40,832 bases of DNA from positions 68,431,095 to 68,471,926 of the forward strand of contig NC_068989.1 of the NCBI RefSeq assembly GCF_001194135.2, in the 5' to 3' direction. Source of the DNA: Octopus bimaculoides. Taxonomy: Eukaryota. The notes under the pieces were generated by a model that was given only the letters and a program-made list of their open reading frames with translations, was not told the DNA's origin and did not search any database. Shown piece by piece: positions 36,131-40,832 of the stretch (positions are counted from its first letter, which is position 1; each line of letters starts with the position of its first letter). The position numbers and the translations under genes are program-made.

Positions 36131-36736
36131 NNNNNNNNNNNNNNNNNNNNNNNNNNNNNNNNNNNNNNNNNNNNNNNNNNNNNNNNNNNNNNNNNNNNNN
36201 NNNNNNNNNNNNNNNNNNNNNNNNNNNNNNNNNNNNNNNNNNNNNNNNNNNNNNNNNNNNNNNNNNNNNNNNNNNNNNNNNNNNNNNNNNNNNNNNNNNN
36301 NNNNNNNNNNNNNNNNNNNNNNNNNNNNNNNNNNNNNNNNNNNNNNNNNNNNNNNNNNNNNNNNNNNNNNNNNNNNNNNNNNNNNNNNNNNNNNNNNNNN
36401 NNNNNNNNNNNNNNNNNNNNNNNNNNNNNNNNNNNNNNNNNNNNNNNNNNNNNNNNNNNNNNNNNNNNNNNNNNNNNNNNNNNNNNNNNNNNNNNNNNNN
36501 NNNNNNNNNNNNNNNNNNNNNNNNNNNNNNNNNNNNNNNNNNNNNNNNNNNNNNNNNNNNNNNNNNNNNNNNNNNNNNNNNNNNNNNNNNNNNNNNNNNN
36601 NNNNNNNNNNNNNNNNNNNNNNNNNNNNNNNNNNNNNNNNNNNNNNNNNNNNNNNNNNNNNNNNNNNNNNNNNNNNNNNNNNNNNNNNNNNNNNNNNNNN
36701 NNNNNNNNNNNNNNNNNNNNNNNNNNNNNNNNNNNN
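36131..36736. other. Assembly gap
   Basis: Run of N. Confidence 1.
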
Positions 36737-36789
36737 CTATTTCTGAACTTCGGTATATGGTGAAGCAAATGCTTGCTGATCCCTTAATT

Positions 36790-36835
<46 letters not shown>

Positions 36836-38170
36836 TGCTTTATGTGTTTCGGCCAGATGGTTGTGGTCATGCTGGAGCACCAACCACATTGATTTTTTCA
36901 CTCTTTATTTTTGTACCCTCTCCACAATCCTTCCGTGTTTCCTCTCCTCCGACTAATGCGATCTCATCAAAACTGTCGATGGTCCATCTGGTGTATGAGG
37001 GAATTTGACACTGCCGCCCTCAACTGTCCCTCATGTCGAGCTATTGGTTCGTATGGTATTGTGGATAGGCGAGTATTCAGTTTCTTTTTGAAGACTTCCA
37101 CATCTATATCGTGTATGTTTCTCAATTGTTTTGACAGAGCATTGAAGTGCTGTAGTCCTCTGAACCCTAGGTTATTGCAGTACCTGGTTCTTATATTAGA
37201 TGCCTTGGACGGTACCTTCGGTACTATGCATTTATATAACACTTGATGCCAAAATTAGGTACAAGCCCTTCCAGTATTTCCACGTGTAAATTATTACATA
37301 TCTCTAACGTCTGCGCTCTCGGGAGTAGAGTCGTAGTTCTTTCAACCTCTCCCTGTAGTTCATCTGTTGAACTGTAGCAATCTCTTTAGGGTTGGATATA
37401 GTTTGAGTCCTCCTTATCGGGTGGATGGCAGCGGTTTGCCTAGGACCATACATTGTTAATTCTATAATGTTATGATCCGAAAGAGTTGGTGTTATCTTCA
37501 CATTATTGATAATGTTCACATTGTTTGTGAAGCAGAGATCCAAAATATTGCTTCCCTTGGTTGGTTGGAGTATCACTTGTTCCATGAACAGCATGCCAGA
37601 AAGTTCTAGCAATGATTTTGCTGGTTTTGTTCATGCAGTGACATCCAAAAGAGAATGTGGCCTTCAGGCCATTTAACATTTGGGAGGCTGAAGTCATCCA
37701 GGAGGAGTACATTGATTTGTTGGTCAAGATTTGTCAAAACCTTCTCTGTGCGTCTCAGGCTATGCTCAAATTTACCTTCATGCTTTGAGGTATTTGGTGG
37801 ACAGTACGTTGTGCATACAACTACACGAATTTGCTTTATGTGTACTATTAAAGTGTCACAGACTGAGTTTGAATGTGACAACAGTGCTAGAGGTGTGACA
37901 TCATACCGGATGTACATGACAACTCTTCCATGTCTTCTATCTCTTCTGTCTGTTCAAAGTACGGCATACTCTGGTATGTGTATTTCCGCATCTGCTATAT
38001 TAGATGTTACATGCGTTTCTGTAAGTACCATGCATATTGCTTGATTGCACGGAGGAAGGTCTTTCAGGTAGAGATGGGCCAGTGTCCTGTTCAATGGGGC
38101 CAGCTGTATTCTCAGTCATATAAGTGTCTCAAAAACTGGGATAAGTTTCAGTCTCATGACCCCTAAGTTC
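36836..38170 (-). mobile_element. CR1-group LINE remnant: APE endonuclease joined to RT C-terminus and 3' tail
   Basis: VLTETHVTSNIADAEIHIPEY, GRVVMYIR, LLDDFSLPNVKW, PTKGSNILDLCFTNN, SDHNII (APE); NYRERLKELRLYSRERRR and VEVFKKKLNTRLSTIPYEP (C-terminal); RT core absent. Confidence 0.9.
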
Positions 38171-38462
38171 GGGACAAACTTTTGCTTATATTACACAGAA
38201 TGTTAGAAACAAGATTGTTAACCGTCATGTGACGAGTAACTTTAGTTTGGCCACATTAGGTAATATTAGGAAATATGGCATACATACAATAGTTATAATC
38301 TAACTTTTATCAAATATGTTGGTGCTTATGCAAAGTGGTTAAATAAATACTGATTTTGAAAAGAAAAATATTTATTACCTTAAAATAAAATTAATTAAAT
38401 CAAATTTTATAACTATTCTGTCATCTCCTCCTTCTCTTCCTCCTCTATATTTATGATTCTTT

Positions 38463-38514
<52 letters not shown>

Positions 38515-39823
38515 CGTTCGTGCGGGTAGTGAGGAGTCGATCTTCTACTCACTGTCGGCCATCAAGCCTATTATGTACAGTCATTCCTCACCTCTTATGT
38601 TAATTCCTTCTGTATTTCTCTTTTACTCTTTTTATCTTTCTCTCTCTCTTTCTCTTTCCTCTCTCTTTCTCTCTCTCTCTTTCTCTCTCTCTCTCTTCCA
38701 CTTTCTCTCGCTATATATATATATGATGTAAAGTGTGATTTGAAATATCAACCAACACCAGCCAACCAAAATCTATACAAGCTATTATTAAATACAATTT
38801 TTTTGTTTTGTATGGTGTCTCTCAAAATTCAAAATCTACATTCAAAATCTCATTACTGCATTCCTCGCCAGTTTCATGAATTATTCCATATCCCGATCAT
38901 CAGAATCGAAGTGGCTGGGCAACAGAAACATGGTTCTCTATACCAAATGGTGGGTAGTTGTTATGTTGCTCATATAGGAATCCATGTTGATGCAGTTTAG
39001 TGTCCATCTCCAGAAAATCATCAGATATTTCCGTCCAACTGCATTTACAATTAAACTGGTATGTAAAGAAAATATTAGATGCTAGCTGACCACGTGCCGT
39101 CAATAATGACGGCTAATTGTAGTATTTCATATATAAATAAGGTACAAAATAAAGTACATAATAATCACACATACAAACATTCACATATTCCCATTGTACA
39201 CGCACACACAAACACAAATATACTCACACAGAGTTGAAACGCTGATTTTTCTCACCCCTTCCTTCCTTATTCATCTATTACCCCTTCCTTTCTCTCATTG
39301 CTATTACTTTTTCTCACTTTTTCTCAGTCAGGGCTATTACTCTCACTATTTCTCTTTCAATGGATTACTATTTTCTCTCCTCCTTTACGTCCGGCGTGAT
39401 TCAAGACATATCTATATATATATATATATATATATAGCCACTTAAAGTGTAGTATTAACAGTAACTGATATATATATATATATATACATACATACATATA
39501 TATATATATACGAATATATAAAAATACTACGCTCATTATTATATTAGGAAATATGCTTTTTGAAGTAACGTATCTCAGTAGAGAATTTCCTTTATCTATT
39601 TTTTTTAATAGTTTTAGTCATTGGATTACGACCATTCTTGGACGCTGCTTTCAAGGATTTAGCCTATCACATCGACCCCAATATTTATCTTAGAGTCTCC
39701 TAAATAATTAATACATATATAATTTCTCAGATTGTTAAATTACATAACATAAAAACAAACAAATGTAAATAGTGACAGAGACAGGGAGACACACGCACAC
39801 ACACTCACATACATTCATAAAAG

Positions 39824-39855
<32 letters not shown>

Positions 39856-39863
39856 CACACACA

Positions 39864-40030
39864 ATGGGCTTCTGTACAATTTCCAGTTTCCGTTCACCAC
39901 ATTTCATTCACAACGCTTTTATTAACATGTGATTGTAGTAAAAGATAGTTGCCCAAGGTACCACTCAAAAGAAGAGAACTCGAACTCACGTGGCCGCAAA
40001 GCGAATCTTTTAACTAAAGAATCATTCCTG
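39864..40030 (-). mobile_element. CORE-type SINE 5' part
   Basis: Reverse complement of TACCTTGGGCAACTATCTTTTACTA CORE-like segment and GAGTTCGAGTTC B-box. Confidence 0.55.
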
Positions 40031-40595
40031 TAGAAGTACAATAGCTGCCCAACCAAAGAAACTTAGATTACAGAACTGTTTAAAACTTTAGTGTGAATTA
40101 CATCGGCAAACGTCAAGGATATTTTTACAAAATAAATTTAAATACTTGACAATGGGTCGATGGACCATACACTACTCTTGTTTGTGTTGGCGCCTTTTCT
40201 CATTAAATTTCAATTTATAGCGTTATTTGTTTCCAATACACTAAACATAAATACATAAGCTAACACGCTTATAAACGTATGCATAAACGCGCACAGATAT
40301 ATACACATATATACACCTACACATACACAGGTATATATTCACACCTAAACGTATAACACAAAGATATTTGTGGGCACACTTACATATATGAACATTAGCA
40401 AGTTAGTAGAGATGGATATACACGTATATATACATTTTCATGATTCAGATGCTTTAGCCTTTTCAATAAAACATATATACTCGTTGTACGGAAAGCTATT
40501 TTCTTCGTTTGTAAGCACAAATTTTCACCAATCCACACACACAGATACACACACACACACACACATGCACACATATACATATATATATATATATA

Positions 40596-40810
40596 CTCTT
40601 TTACTCTTTTACTTGTTTCAGTCATTTGACTGCGGTCATGCTTGAGCACCGTCTTTAGTCGGGAAAATCGACCCCAGGACATATTCTTTGTAAGCCTTGT
40701 ATTTATTCTATCGGTCTCTTTTTTCCGAACCGCTAAGTTACGGGAATGTAAACACACCAGCATCGGTTGTCAAGTGATGGGGGGGGGGAACAAACACAGA
40801 CACACAAACA
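40596..40810 (-). mobile_element. SINE 3' half with CR1-type hairpin tail and (TAAAAGAG)n end
   Basis: Reverse complement ends GGTGCTCAAGCATGACCGCAGTCAAATGACTGAAACAAGTAAAAGAGTAAAAGAG. Confidence 0.8.
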
Positions 40811-40832
40811 CACATACATATATATATATATA

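Noticed and set aside
38860-39103. Protein-like ORFs on both strands and CTGATGA..GAAAC on the minus strand
   Set aside because: Short ORFs with weak splice signals and no recognisable domain; the motif lacks stems and a UH site.

Overview
AT-rich, microsatellite-saturated animal genomic DNA with four N gaps. The repeat content suggests an octopus/coleoid cephalopod assembly (inference). No conserved host protein-coding gene is recognisable; most track ORFs are microsatellite or TE artefacts, and only weak exon candidates exist. The window is mostly TE debris: a full-length dead IR/DR Tc1 (DD34E) element, hAT and mariner fragments, CR1-group, RTE and probable Dong/R4 LINE pieces, and many tRNA-derived SINEs. 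The main result is a set of minimal type-I hammerhead-ribozyme-like motifs in four unrelated repeats (307-362, 11655-11707/11821-11873, 27735-27770, 33326-33373). Two of these repeats are large palindromes whose hammerheads point outward, one of them built from a ~325-bp tandem unit resembling a retrozyme/Penelope-derived element. Also notable: a young two-step templated inversion inside the Tc1 transposase, a shared SINE/LINE 3' hairpin tail, and an ATA-start bias in SINE target duplications. All calls were made by eye; no database searches or folding programs were run.
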